Source: Neoconidiobolus thromboides FSU 785
Lineage: Eukaryota > Fungi > Entomophthoromycota
DNA length: 64,000 bases
Reading direction: 5' to 3'
Assembly: GCA_025603075.1 (NCBI GenBank)
Contig: MU626302.1
Coordinates: 60,443-124,442 of the forward strand
Below the pieces are notes generated by a model. It did not search any database and was not told the origin of the DNA. It saw nothing but the letters and a program-made list of their open reading frames with translations. The position numbers and the translations under genes are program-made. Of the stretch, positions 13,115-26,433 are shown one piece after another (positions within the stretch are counted from its first letter, which is position 1; every line of letters begins with the position of its first letter).

Positions 13115-13567
13115 TTAAACCCCTCTACAAAAAAACATGTTAAAAAAATTACTTTTTAGTAAACAAAGCTTTTCTTACCTATTCTTTAACTGCATAACCA
13201 TAGCTACTTTTCTAGCAACAACTTCCTTAAACCTCCTACGGTTAGATTCCATCACCAATCTTCTTCTTTTTAAACATGGTTTTTCATAATATCTATGGCG
13301 AACTAACTGTTTTCTAACATTGTTATTTTTCAAAATACCATTTAAGCGATAATAAGCACGCATTGGATCATCGGTGGTAATCACTGAACGTCCACTGTAT
13401 TTGTGTTGTTTATAATCTGGAGTATTGTAGAATAATTGAGATTGGCTATCATCGACTGGAAAGGTAGAATAATTGGATTTGACAGTTGTAAGCGGAGTGA
13501 TAATTGAACGCAAAGGTGTTGAGATAGATTTGGTGAGCACTGATTTTAAATTGTTGATGAGTGACAT
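13115..13567 (-). CDS. MRP21: Mitochondrial ribosomal protein bS21m
   Basis: GRSVITT...AYYRLNGILKNNNVRKQLVRHRYYEKPCLKRRRL is an S21 motif. Presequence-like N-terminus. Intron 13125-13178 gives a terminal ...KNRGV*. Confidence 0.85.
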
Positions 13568-14229
13568 TTTTTTTAGTTAAAAAATAAAATTCGTATTTTT
13601 TGAATGTTCATAAAATTCAACTTAAAAATTATGGGATTAAAAAGAATTATTCTCATTGTTTTATTTTATGAAGAGATGACAAAAAAGTTTAGAATGGAGG
13701 GATTAAAGGAAGAGTAACTCGAATATTTTTGTACGAATCTGATTTATTACTCAAAATAAAACATATGTGAAATTTCATATCTATTAACTCATTTTTAAGA
13801 TATAGTTAAAGAAAAAGGGCATTATTAACAAAAAGTTTGTTACTAGTTTAGTTTTCGACTCTTAATAAAAATGGTTCCAATATGCCAACATTTCTAGGTT
13901 TTGACTATATCTCAAAAATCAATAATTGAATTATTACTAAACTTAATACATAAAATATTAATGGACGATGTAACAAATTTATATAAAAAATAGATATATT
14001 ATGAGTTTCACTGGTGCGTAATACTTCATTAGGCTCAAGCTGGAAGCCTTCTATAGCAATATATTACTTTTTTTTTGATATTTTAAAAATCAATATTAAT
14101 TAATTCTAAATTTAGCATGTATATAAATAATACCTTATATAATAAATTCGAAAAGAGATATTGCTTATCTGGCTTTTAAATACTTTTATTTGATTTATTT
14201 TACCAGCTTTTTGACTTACTTTTCGTATT

Positions 14230-15033
14230 TTAATACAATTTCAAATGCCCAGTAACTTGATCAATTTGTGAAATAGGCGCTATAGAGGATAAAAAATATT
14301 CAATATTAATACAGTAAATTATTAAAAATATTTGGCTATAAATTACATGGTCCTATCCCTAATACTGTAAGTGAACCAGCTGCAATTTGTGTTCTACCAG
14401 CATCTCGAATAACTTGACAAATTAATCCAGACTTACTGGCTTTATCAAATAATAATAACCTGAGAATTTTTATAAAATATAAATATAACCAACTATATAT
14501 AATAAAAGAGTATTACAAAAAATTGAAACTTACATTTGTTCTTCACTATCACATTTCAATGTGATCTTTGGTTGACCTTGATATTCCCAAATTTTTAAAG
14601 ACTAAGAAATAATATTAATATTAATATTAATAAAACGGCCGTAATTTAAGTTTAATTCAAAAAAATACCTTTGATCCCAATTTTACTGCTTTTTTATAAC
14701 AAGCTAGGGTGGCATGAGAGCACTAAATAATTATTATATTAAGGCTCTTATCTATTTATTTATCTCTATGACTCTTTTTACCTGCGCAGCTACTTTTCCT
14801 TTACCCATACCTAGATCCGTTCTTACTACTAACACCATTTTACAACTCTCGGATGAGTCTTCTTCATTTAATTCAAATTCGGCTTCACTATCAGTTTCAG
14901 TTTCAGTTTCAGTTTCCTCTGATTGTTTTTGCTTTCTTTGTTTTTTACTAGATGTGGCTTTGGATGAGTTAATAACTGAGTGTAATGTGTAGCCTAATAA
15001 TAGACCGGAAATCAAGGTGACAATTTGATGCAT
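14230..15033 (-). CDS. PTH2: Peptidyl-tRNA hydrolase 2 (multi-exon)
   Basis: N-terminal TM segment, then [21 protein letters not shown]|[39 protein letters not shown]|[16 protein letters not shown]. Confidence 0.95.
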
Positions 15034-15251
15034 TTTTTTGCTAGGTTTTCTATGTTGGATTGGTATGATGATGTTTTTTTAAAGTATTTTATTCAAAAAG
15101 AATCTTATTCGTTTATTGACATTCAACGGAGCTTATTTCTGCTAGTTATTTTTTTTGATTGGGGTTGTAATTTTAATAAAAAATGAATTATTTATTCTCA
15201 ATTATCCGATTTTTATTTTAGTCATTTTTTATTCTAGTTTAAAAAATTCAA

Positions 15252-16251
15252 ATGAGTTTACTATTATTACAATACTTTCAAAGCCTTAATTCCATTCTAA
15301 AAAATGGATTTATTTTACTAAACCTATTAAATTGTGTAAGTAATTACAATTTCTACTTTATGATATCAAAATTAAACTAAACATCTCCTTATAATAGTGG
15401 ATGTTTACTTCATTATTAGTAACGAGTAATAATCTATCACGATCCCCATATATAATTAGATACTAATCTTCTATATCTTTATAGCACCATTAACTTTATT
15501 CCAAAATTTAAGCTTAGATAATTCGGTGATATTAATATTTCAATTGATATTAGTAGCTTTATTAGTATTAAGTTTTATTGGCATTTATAGTGTCAAAAAA
15601 GAAGATAAATCTTTATTATTTGGCTATATTATTAGTTTAAATCTGTTAATATTCATACAATTAGGTAAGCAACTTTAGTTAGTAATTATTATCAATGAGG
15701 TATTAATTTACCTTTTTTTTTTATTTAGTGATTATAGTTTGGTTTTATCAGGTAAAAAGAAACAGATTCGGTTATTTTTACTTAATTTAATTTTTAATAC
15801 TTTTTATAGGATAATAATATACTAGATAAATTATGGAATTATTTATATCAACGTGATAATCCAATTATCCTTGAACTTGAAAACAGGGTAGACTTCATTT
15901 TATCTTTTATTAAGATTTAATCTAACCTCTCCTATTCTCACCCTTTAGCTCTCCTGCTGCGGTTATGAAAACGTATTTGATCGCCCCATACCCCTATATT
16001 GTCATATACAATATCGTTACTCACAAGGATGTAAATCACCTATTCAACAATTAATTAGAAAAAATTGGAGAATGTTAGTACATATACTTGGCTCTATTTT
16101 TATTTATGAGTTAGTTTTGATCATTCTAGCTACATTTATTATTCTATTTTATTTTTATAAACAGAATAGATTGAATAGATATCAGCTGTTGATTAATCAA
16201 CAAAACAACGGTGTAAATGGAGGGATATACCAAACTTTTTATATTGAATAA
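15252..16251 (+). CDS. Tetraspanin-like membrane protein (multi-exon)
   Basis: Spliced exons give hydrophobic segments, FIGIYSVKKE, a large extracellular loop with LENR|LSCCGY...C...GC and a final TM. The first exon junctions are uncertain. Confidence 0.75.
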
Positions 16252-16436
16252 ATGAATAATTGTATATTTTATATATTTGAATTTTTCAAAATATTTAAAT
16301 TGGTTTGCTTAGTTTTTATTTTTCCTGAGTATTTGGATTCTAAATTGATAGTCAAGTTTTACATTTTAAAATTCCAAACTTTTATTTTTGTTAATTTACT
16401 TTTTTTAATTCAAAAGCGAGTATATTTATTTTAATT

Positions 16437-17617
16437 ATGATGCAATGTGCTATTTGTACGGAAAATTTAGGCAAAAGTTCACCTATAGATAGTGAATATA
16501 GTCAAAATCATCAATTAGTATTAAATCAAGATGGTAGTTCGAAAGTATCAGCAACTACTTGTAAGTCTTATAATAATAATAATAATAAAAGTTTTTTTAT
16601 AAAATTAATTATTTAGGTGGTCATCTATTTCATACTTCTTGGTAAGTTATTATTTGGTATTTTAATAAAATTTGAATTTAACATTTATTTTCTCTAATAG
16701 CATTGCCAAATGGCTCGAAACTACCACACGAAGTAAACAATGTCCAATATGCAATAAAGAAATCATTAAAAATAGTATAATTACAATCTTCGCTGATTGG
16801 AGTCAAAATAATGAAGATAATAATAATAATGAAATTAATGATAATTTGGATTTATTGAATCAACTAACTCAAAGAAATAATCAATTAATAGCAGAAAATA
16901 ATAAATTAAAGTCGTACTCTATGATACAAGAACGTGATCATAATGATCTCTTACAACAACTAATTCACCATCAAGAACGTATTGTATATCTAGAAAAAGA
17001 GAAAATAGAGAAAGAAAAATTAAAATTAGAAATGAAGAAATTAAAACATTATAATCAAAGTGTTAAACTAAAATTAGACTATTTGCAATATTTAGATACC
17101 ATACTAAAATTCAACGAAGAGACACAATTAATGAGTAATCAAATTGAATTTTATAATACCTTTTCCAAGTGCTCTAATGATAAAAAATGGGACTTATTTT
17201 TAGCATCAGAAAAAATGAAGCAGGAAGCTTTAAAGTAAGTATTTTAAAGTATCTTTATTAATAGTTTTGTTCTTTTATTAATAACTTTTGCAAATTAGTC
17301 ATTGTAAACAGATGGAAAAAAGATATGAACTGGAATTACAAAAAAAACAAATAAAATTAGAAGAAACTTATCAAGAATTATTAATGATGAAAAGACAATT
17401 AGATAACAATAATTCTAATAATCAAAGTAACAGTTCAAATATGAATAATAATGGAAATAACAAATCAAGTCGAGTACGACCAAATACAGTGAATTATTTA
17501 AATGAAATGAATGATAATGAATCTATTAATAGCTCAAGTAATGAAAACTCATTTATTAACCCATTTGTTAAAAATAGTAAGAAAAGAATTAAAGAAAATG
17601 GATATTATTATGCTTAA
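16437..17617 (+). CDS. RING-H2 + coiled-coil E3 ligase, TRAIP-like (paralog 1), 4 exons
   Basis: CAIC-x34-C|GHLFHTSC|IAKWL...CPIC, then a heptad-rich coiled coil; 25-nt micro-exon; Asn-rich tail. Confidence 0.85.
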
Positions 17618-18049
17618 ATTAGATTAAAAGTTAGTTTAATCAACTAGAAATGTTGTTATCAGGGATAAAGCGAGAATAGTATTAATTTATTATTTTTTAT
17701 ATAAATAAAATTAGTTGTTTTTTTTGAATGAGAATATTTTGTTTACTCTTTGTTCATTTTTTTCATAATTGTTTTAATTAAATTAAATTAAATTAAATTC
17801 ATATCTATCAAATCCAAGTGTTCACCACAACATCACAACTTATACACATTTCAATATTATTGGTTCAAAAACAAATCATCTTATTACCAAAAATAGTCAA
17901 CACCACATTGAAATATATTTTTAGAATTTTAAAATAAAATTAGCCCAATTGAAATATTTTTATCCGTTTAAATCTTAAAAGTTAATTCTCCATTTGATTA
18001 TTATTTTTTATAAATCTTTGTAAATTAGAAACAAAATAATATATAAAAA

Positions 18050-19278
18050 ATGCCCAGTTTTGGATCTTATCAAGATTTATGTACTTTATCACCCTTATCG
18101 GTATGTCCTTATTTAGGGGATAAATTGGGTTCATATCCACCATGTTATGCTCGTTCCATGAGTTTTGGTAGTGCTGTTATTTTTGAAGTTGGTAAGTTAA
18201 AAGAGAGGAAATCGAAATAGAAGTTATATTAATTTTGATTAATGAACTATTTTTTTATATTCCATCAGCCGCTTTAATTGTATTTGTCGTCACTTTAATT
18301 CTTTGTATCTTTATGATCTATTCTATTAAAACTAAATATACTGCTATTGGTAAGTGTTTTGGAATTAACCAACTATAGTATATATTTATTAACTAATGTT
18401 GCTTTTCTCTTTTATAGGTCGTAAAGAAATGGTGATATTTTTTTATCTTTATATGTTACAAGTCTGTTTTGAATTTGTATTATTATCGGGTATTATACCC
18501 ACTTATCATGTGATTTATCCGGTAAGTTCGAGAAACTATATATCATTATATAGAGTAATAAGGATTAATTAATTTCCCCCATTTTAGTACTTTGCAGCTG
18601 CTCATGTAGGTCTAATTACAGCTTGTTGTTGGTCATTATTTTTAAATGGTTTTGTTGGATTTCAGTTTATTGAAGATGGTACTGCATTGTCTTTATGGGT
18701 AAGTTCTTCCCCAAACAATTAATATCTTATATAAGATACTAATTATTATTAATAATTTAGAGTATTCGTTTAACTTCATTAGGAGTCTTTTTAGGTAGTG
18801 GATTTGTAGCTGTTGCTACCTTTATTAATTTTGCTGGTTTAAATGGCAGATTTACATTACCTTTATTTTCAATTCATATTTTATTTAATGGTGTATTATT
18901 ATTGATTTATTATATCACTCAATTAGTTTTAGTATTCAAAACTTTAGATGATCGTTGGCCAATTGGTAAGTTTAATCTTATTTCTACTACACAAACAATT
19001 AATAGTTGATCTTTTTCTTGATAGGTTCTATTACATTATCTGGATTTGCATTTGTACTTGGACAAGTACTATTATTATTATTAAGTAATAAGATCTGTAA
19101 TTTAGCTGATCATTATTTTGATGGCTTGTTTTTTGAATCTTTATGTACAATGGTTTCTGTAATGATGTTGTATAAATATTGGGATTCAATTACTAAAGAA
19201 GATTTGGAATTTTATATTGGCGGTAAACCTAATCAATGGGAAGTTAAAGAATTATTAGATGATAACGAAAATAAGTAA
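18050..19278 (+). CDS. CHS7: Chitin synthase export chaperone Chs7 (multi-exon, 7-TM)
   Basis: KYTAIG|[66 protein letters not shown]. Confidence 0.95.
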
Positions 19279-19473
19279 GTTTTACTTTATTGATTGTTAC
19301 AATTATATAATGTATTAATATTTAACTTGTTTAGTTTTTATTAAATTGAATTGATTCTTATCCGATTATAGTCTTTTGTTATTATTCAATTTATATATAT
19401 ATTACTTTTATTATTCAAATAAAAACTATAACTTCAATATATCTAATGTATTTACCTCATTTAATTATTTAAT

Positions 19474-20096
19474 TTATTGTTTTTTAATTTTATTATTATT
19501 AATATTATTAGTATTAATTAATAATAAATCAATTAACAAAATAAGAGGTATAATAAAATAAATACCATAAACTGATAATATAATACTACGTTCAATAGAA
19601 GTTAATTCTGGATAATCAAAGGTCACACTAGTTAATATAGGCAATACAGTAGTCATTACATGAGCACAATAAATTAAACCAGAAGATTTTAGACTCCATT
19701 TTTTATCTAAATTAAAAAATAGAATATCAATATCAATATCAAAATTATAATAATATAATAATATCTCAACCTATACTTACCATTCCATATCCTATAACAA
19801 GCAAAGAAAAAGAAAGGTACTTGAAGCAATAATTCCACATAAATAAATGTACGAAACCAAATAAAATTCTTATAAACAGGACTATTTTTTTGATGTTGAT
19901 AAATATTCATTAATGGATCTTTCATTAATTTAACTTGAAATTGATTGAATTCAATTAATACTGTAGGAACATATTCGATTGGATAGATAATAGCACAATC
20001 AAGGAGTAAACTGAAGATTATGTGAGAAGAGAAATAGATGAAATACAATAAATCTAGTGGACGGGAAGTTAGACTTTGGGGTTTTTTAGACGTCAT
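19474..20096 (-). CDS. TMEM97/sigma-2 (EXPERA domain) ER membrane protein, 2 exons
   Basis: LTSRPLDLLYFIYFSSHI...LLDC, KDPLM, WFRTFIYVELLLQVPFF, YCAHVMTTVLPIL, YGIYFIIPLILL. Confidence 0.88.
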
Positions 20097-21130
20097 GATT
20101 TGGGACCTGAAAAGGAGAAAGAGGTTAGTATCGTTGTGGTATAAGTTCGGGTTTTTTATTAAAGTTATTAGTATTCATCAGTTTAAAAAAATAATGATAA
20201 AAGCGTGATTAAAAAAAAGAACAAAAACAATTATAGAATTATAAAACCTAATGAAGTTTAAAACTTTGACTGGTTTTTTATATAAATTTATAATGTTTCC
20301 TTTAGTTCTTTTTCTTTATAATTACTTCTTTATCTTCATTTTTGCCTTTTAAAAATATGATTTCACCATAATTAAATGTAAGTTTACTAGAAATCAGGGG
20401 ATATTCTTCATTTGATTATGTTTCATTCTTCATATAGTATAGAGATGTGAATTACCTTTTAATAATAGTATTAATAATAAACAAAAAGCTTTTTTTATAA
20501 TAGTTCGATTTTTAACTTCATACTTTGATAACTGGCAATACCGAGTTTGATTGGTTATTGAAAATAAAATTGTAACTTGGATGGATTAAGATTGTAAATA
20601 GTATGATATTTTATACACTCTATAGATTATAACAAAGTAATGAATATTAGTATGTATTTTATTTTAATTCTATGAGTTTATTAAGCAGCGACTTGTTTTA
20701 GACTAAAACCATATCTACCTTTATTAGTTGAAATGTAAAAGGATGAAGAAAAGGTTCTAACGTCACTCAAACAAATTTAGACTAATTTACAAAGTTAATA
20801 ATAGTAATATTCAACACACCTGTTATTGGAATATTCCGAACCAAGTGTCATCTTCAATAGTTATAAATTGATTGTATATCTTTATACTTAAGTATTTGAA
20901 TTAAAAAAACAATCTAGTCACTTTACACTGTAAAAATTGATATTTTTAATGTCAAGTTTTAAACAGTAGGTATTAGGCATTTTATAGGTCAATAGCTGAA
21001 AATTTAATAGAATAGCAACTTCTATAACATAAAATAAGATTTATTTTAGTTAGGCTATTTAAACTACTTTATAAATGTTTTACAATAAGCTAAGAATAAA
21101 TAATTGCCCAAAATAATAAAACTTTAGTAT

Positions 21131-21225
21131 ATGAGGATTTTTTTAGCCTTATCACTTTTTCCATCTTTTAAGTATTGTTTGAATGGAAAGATTGTTGGTA
21201 AAATTCTTGAAAAAATATATCCCTA
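21131..21225 (+). mobile_element. MITE-like element, copy 2 (diverged)
   Basis: ATGAGGATTTTTTTAG...CACTTTTTCCATCTTTTAAG...GAATGGAAAGATTGTTGGTAAAATTCTT...ATATCCCTAT. Confidence 0.75.
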
Positions 21226-21795
21226 TATACTTTTCCCCTTTGTCCTTTATTATCACCAGCTATGGTTACTAATGTACAAAAATAGATATTGCAGATTTGT
21301 CTTGGAAAATTTAATAAAAAATTAATATTTATAATTTAATATAAATTTAAGCTTATATACAAATATAGAAAGTTATGCTATAAAATTAAATCTAAAACAA
21401 AGTAATGATTTGAAAAGCTTTTGTTATATAAAATAAAACTATAAACCAGGGCTATTTAATATATATAACTGTATGTTAACTAATAAACTTTTATAAACTC
21501 TATAGAATTAGAATTTTATATAGTAATTTTGAAAAAAAAATTATTTTATAATTTCGCTATTTTTACCTAGTTAAAATCAAATCAAGCTTTGTTTTATTTA
21601 ATAGTTTAATAGCTGCTTTAAAACTATAAGGTTTTTTTAAAATAATTTAACATAAAATCTCTATAATTTTTTTTGAAATGTGAGATATTGTCTTATTAAT
21701 TTAGTAATTAATTATGTTATAGTAGCTATTTTATAAAATTTAGTATTTTATAGTTAAAGTCTGTTATAGATTTTTAATAAGCTGAGAATTAATAT

Positions 21796-21893
21796 ATGAG
21801 AATGTTTTTTTTGGTTTCATTATTTTTTCTATTTTTCCACTCAAATAGCGTTTAAAAAGTAGGAAAAGTGATGAAATCAAAAAAAATCTTCAT
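21796..21893. mobile_element. MITE-like element, copy 3: rearranged copy with two left arms
   Basis: The first ~35 nt are a left arm in + orientation. The remainder is the reverse complement of left arm plus core (TTTTCCACTCAAATAGCGTTTAAAAAGTAGGAAAAGTGATGAAATCAAAAAAAATCTTCAT). Confidence 0.72.
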
Positions 21894-21985
21894 ATTTTAA
21901 TTTATACAATTGAAGTAAATTTAAAATATAAAAAATAGTATACAATAAATTGTAAATCATATAAAGCAAATAAAACAAAAAACAT

Positions 21986-22083
21986 ATGGGAGTGTTTTTT
22001 TTGGTTTCATTACTTTTCCACTTTTTAAGCGCTATTTGAGTGGAAAGATTATTAGTAAAATTCTTAAAAAAATACATCCCCAT
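21986..22083 (+). mobile_element. MITE-like element, copy 4 (near consensus)
   Basis: ta|TGGGAGTGTTTTTTTT...AAAAAATACATCCCCA|ta; imperfect ~16-bp TIRs, TA flanks, internal TTTCCACT/AGTGGAAA stem. Confidence 0.85.
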
Positions 22084-22244
22084 ATTATATATTTTATATA
22101 AGGTATTAAAAAATCTGATAAATTTATTAAATAAATAATACCAAAAAACATTATTAAAAAAACTATTATGTTAGAAAAAAATTATACTTTCTATTAAAAT
22201 GCTATATATAAAAAACATTATAATAATAATAATAATTTCATATT

Positions 22245-22346
22245 ATGAGGATGTTTTTTTTTGGCTTCATCACTTTTTCCATCTTTTAAGTATTATTTGA
22301 GTGGAAAGATTGTCAGTAAAATTCAAACATAAAAATACACTCCCTT
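22245..22346 (+). mobile_element. MITE-like element, copy 5
   Basis: ATGAGGATGTTTTTTT...CACTTTTTCCATCTTTTAAG...GAGTGGAAAGATTGTCAGTAAAATTC...AAAAATACACTCCC. Confidence 0.8.
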
Positions 22347-24465
22347 ATAATTACCATAAATATTAAAATATAGAAAATGTTTTTTTATAATTAAGTAGCA
22401 AAATTTTCTTTATAAATTTGAATTTAAATGTTTCTATTTATTTTTATATCAAATATCTGCTGTTAGTTTATTTAAATAAATATAAATATAGTAATATTAT
22501 ATTATAAAATTACTATAAACATAAAGACTATTATTTTTAAAATTATTGTATCTTAATTAAAAATATACTAAATAAAATAGTATTATTCACATAACTTAAT
22601 TCAAACAGTGAAATTTAATATTAATTTAGATTTTTAACAGTCTCAAATAATTTAACAAAGTAAACTAAATTACAAAAACTGATTTTATAATTTGTATCTT
22701 AGTCATTTAAATATTTGTCATATTTTATTTTTATATTAAAATTTATACATTTTGTTAAATAACTTTGTTCTACACTTTTATTTTTTATTAGTAAATTTTA
22801 TTTATTCATAGACTTATTATTTATTATCAATATATATATATATATATTTATTTATTTAAATTTATTGTAATCACCACTTAATTAAAACCCATGTTAATTG
22901 TGATGTGGTGTATAAAAAGTCATTAAGCTATTTTATACATAAAATGTATAGTGTTATTTTACAAAGCATAGGAATTAAAACAAAGAGCTTTATTTTTTCA
23001 ATTACAAAATTAAATAAAGAAGCTTGCAACTAGGTATTTTTTATTGCTTCTGAATTATAGTTATTTATTTCTAGTACGTATGTCAAAATCTTTACATTTT
23101 TCATACTTGTATTAAAAACAAAGATATCAACTGCAAACTGTTCTAATTACTCCTTTTTTGTTTGTAGCTTGTTTTTCTAGATTTGTGTTAATTATTAAAA
23201 CACTTGTGTTTTGCTCAAAAATAGAAAATTTGATTTCGAAAGTAGCAATTTATATCAAACTTATTGAAACTAAAACAAGTTTAACGTTATTCAGCAAGTT
23301 TTAGACAAAATATTACATAAACTCCTTCTATCAAAATAGGATTTAAAAATAGATTTTTTCAAAAAAGTAATATTTAATCTCATATTAAAAATATGTAATA
23401 ATATATACACTTTTACTAATAGCAGAACCATTTTATAAAATGACAATTTGATTGATTCAAAAGTCATTAAAAAACACTTCTTTAATGAAAGGAATAGTCT
23501 TATTTGGCATATCACTATTCTATTAAGAATCATTATTAAATCACTACTTCTTAACAACTATTAAAAAATCAGAGTAAAAATAGTCAAAATAAAAAGATTA
23601 AAATGATTTTAACTTAAAGAAGTAAGCGATTCAGTGATCCAAACTAAGCATTAAAGTTGGAAAAGAGGCATAAAAATAATTTTAAGCCACAAGCCATGAG
23701 ACTCAAAAATTCATCGTATTTTGAGCTAATTTATGATAAAAATTAAAATAATTTTTACTAATAAAAAAATTAAGCTAATTTTGTTAATTAAAAAGCTATC
23801 TTTAGTTTAATCAAACAATAAAATTAAAATTAAATAGAAGAAAAAATATGCTATTTATTAACTAAATCTATTAGTAATTAAATGTATAAATACCTTGTAC
23901 TATCACGTTATATATTTTAATTATTTTTTAGAATTTTATAGAGTTTATAGATTAAATGTAAGTTGTATTATTGTTTCTTCATTTTATTATACAAATTATT
24001 ATGCGGATCAACAGATAGTAAAGCCAATCAAAATATAACTAAGAATATAATTAAAAAGTGATTGTACCAACTTATTTCTAAAATTGGGTGGATCAAAGAA
24101 AGAAATCTACCAATTAGAAATCTATTTCATTTAATGATCAGATATAATTTTAATGTAAATCATTGTAAATGTTATATATAAAAGCAATCTATACAATAGA
24201 TTAAAATTACTTTCAAACAATAAAAATACATTTTAGCCAGGTTGCTAAAATAAAACAGTCGTATCATTTTTATTAAGTAGTGGTTTAAGGTTAGTTTTAA
24301 GGAACATAGTATTAGATTAAGGGTCCCTAAATTTCCAACTTTTCAACTGTATTAGATTCATTTAATTAACCCCTTAAATGTTTAAAATAGGATTTAATAT
24401 CAATATTTTTAGACTATAAAATTCAAAATTTAATAGAATATTTTTATTAACTTTTTTATTTTAGT

Positions 24466-25603
24466 ATGTCATTCAACCAAACAAAATTATCTTTTAATAG
24501 TGAAGCTATTGAGATGCATGGTAGGACAAATTAATTTCAATTGACCTTATTATAGTTATTAACCTTACTATTAGATTTCCTCAACATGGAAGATATGGAC
24601 ATAGATAAAGTAGATCAAGCAATGAAGAGTAAGTCTATTAGTAATAGTATTAACAATAGGATATTAATTGCTTATTTTAGGTATGGATAAAAAATTTAAT
24701 ACTCAATTTTATATTTGGATACGTAATGAGAATAACGTGGATTATATATCATATTATTTAAGGAGAGTAATTGTACAATATGAGCAACAAAACTTTCATT
24801 CAATTTATAGAGCGATACGTTGGTTGGTTAACGGATGGTCTGTACAAAGAACAGCGGAATTATTAATCAAATTATTCTATCATTGGGGAGTAGGAGATCA
24901 TAAATTTGCCAACTTAGTTAAAAACATAACTATTAATTGGCCATTACAACCTACGCTTATCGATTTAGTAGTCACATTAGTTATTGGAGAAAGGTCAAGC
25001 AAAACAGCAAGATTTATTTATCAACTTACTACAGGTTGGTCATTATCTCAAAAATTGGAGTTAATCCATGCAGTTTCCACCCGTTTAAGATGGAGCGAGC
25101 GTTACTTTAAGCATTTCTTATTACAATTAGCATGTTTAGGAGAAAGAAGTTGGGAAAGTAAGAGATCGTTGGTAAATAGTATAAGGCAGAGTTTCAATTC
25201 ACGTAAAATTTTATTACAACAAATCAACTCAACAAAAGTAGAGGAGAGTCCTAATGATATGGAAACCAAAAAATCAACTTATGTTAAAACATTGGAAACC
25301 TTAGAATTAGTAGTATTTTCATGTAAAATATTAAAAAGGATATTGGAATTAGATATTAATACAATCAATTCTTCTTATTTGAATTCTGCCAGTTTTATTC
25401 ATTCAAATCATTCCACAGCTACTATTAATGTTAATAGTAATTACGCAAAGAGCCCAATGGCACAATCCCTCCAATTAAGTAGTGATAATGATCGCATAAT
25501 AACTTCACCTAAAATGAATGAAGCTTCCAATCTTATAAGTAATTGTGAAATTGATGGTTCTATTACCTCGCCTACTCCTTCTTGTAAAATGGTTCTTACT
25601 TGA
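24466..25603 (+). CDS. Hypothetical protein with Trp-spaced helical repeats and a Ser/Asn-rich tail, 3 exons
   Basis: Two GT-AG introns join MSFNQTKL...MH|DFLNMED...MK|SMDKKF in frame to the 24668-25603 ORF. No family recognised. An AG just before the ATG suggests a possible upstream exon. Confidence 0.75.
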
Positions 25604-26335
25604 ATTTTGTACTAACAGAATTATATACACTAGTATATAAAAATTTTAAAAGTTAATAAAGAAAAAAATTAAAATTTAGAATAAGATATTATTATGGATT
25701 TCTCTATTACAATAAAATAAAACTTTTTGTTTCTGTTTTTTTCTCAGCCAAATAATGTATTAATATCAATATTGCTAATAATATTAAAATTAAGTTTATA
25801 ATATCACTTTATTGGAATTTATTTGTATTTAATTAGATCAATATTTTAAATATCTTCCAGAGTTATTACAGTGTTCGTTATGTAAGATCTTAATATAGAA
25901 ATAATATTGAATTATTTTTAAAATGACTATCATTTTATTATTAATCTTAAAATCAAAAATAACTTTATGGTTTTGAAAAACAGGGATTTTCTTTATTAAA
26001 TCTCTTTTTGTAAATAAGAGTTGATGTACTATTAATAATAGTATGTTAATTTTACTAAATTATTGAAGTTTTATACATTTGTAAAAAAGATGTAGCACTT
26101 GTAATCGTTATTTCATTTAAACTTAATAATTCATATTAATTTAAAATAAATTTGTAATAAATTGAATATGTAGAGTAAAAACAATATTTATGACAGACTT
26201 CAAATTAAATAAATATCAAAAAAATAGTTATCAGACACAAAAATCCATACGATAATTTTAACTTAAACATTATTCTAATGTGTTTGTCTTTAAAAACATA
26301 AAAATATCGAAAATATTAACATTTCAATCAAACAT

Positions 26336-26433
26336 ATGTGAGTATTTTTTTAGTTTCATCACTTTTTCCATTTTTAAGCGCTATCTGAATGGAAAGATTG
26401 TAGTAAAATCCTTAAACAAAAAAACATCTCCAT
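26336..26433 (+). mobile_element. MITE-like element, copy 6
   Basis: ta|TGTGAGTATTTTTTTAG...TTTTTCCATTTTTAAGCGCTATCTGAATGGAAAG...AAAACATCTCCA|ta. Confidence 0.8.

Noticed and set aside
14714-14992. Antisense ORFs (also 29340-29564, 35209-35433, 36575-36790, 37542-37868, 39606-39806, 59352-59594, 60654-60980, 62925-63179)
   Set aside because: They are shadows of well-supported genes on the opposite strand.
20107-20230. CTGATGA (minus strand) in the likely 5'-UTR intron region of the TMEM97-like gene as a box C
   Set aside because: No downstream CTGA D box or recognisable guide.
21131-22083. ORFs 21131-21325 and 21877-22083 as proteins
   Set aside because: They are chance open frames across MITE copies and AT-rich DNA.
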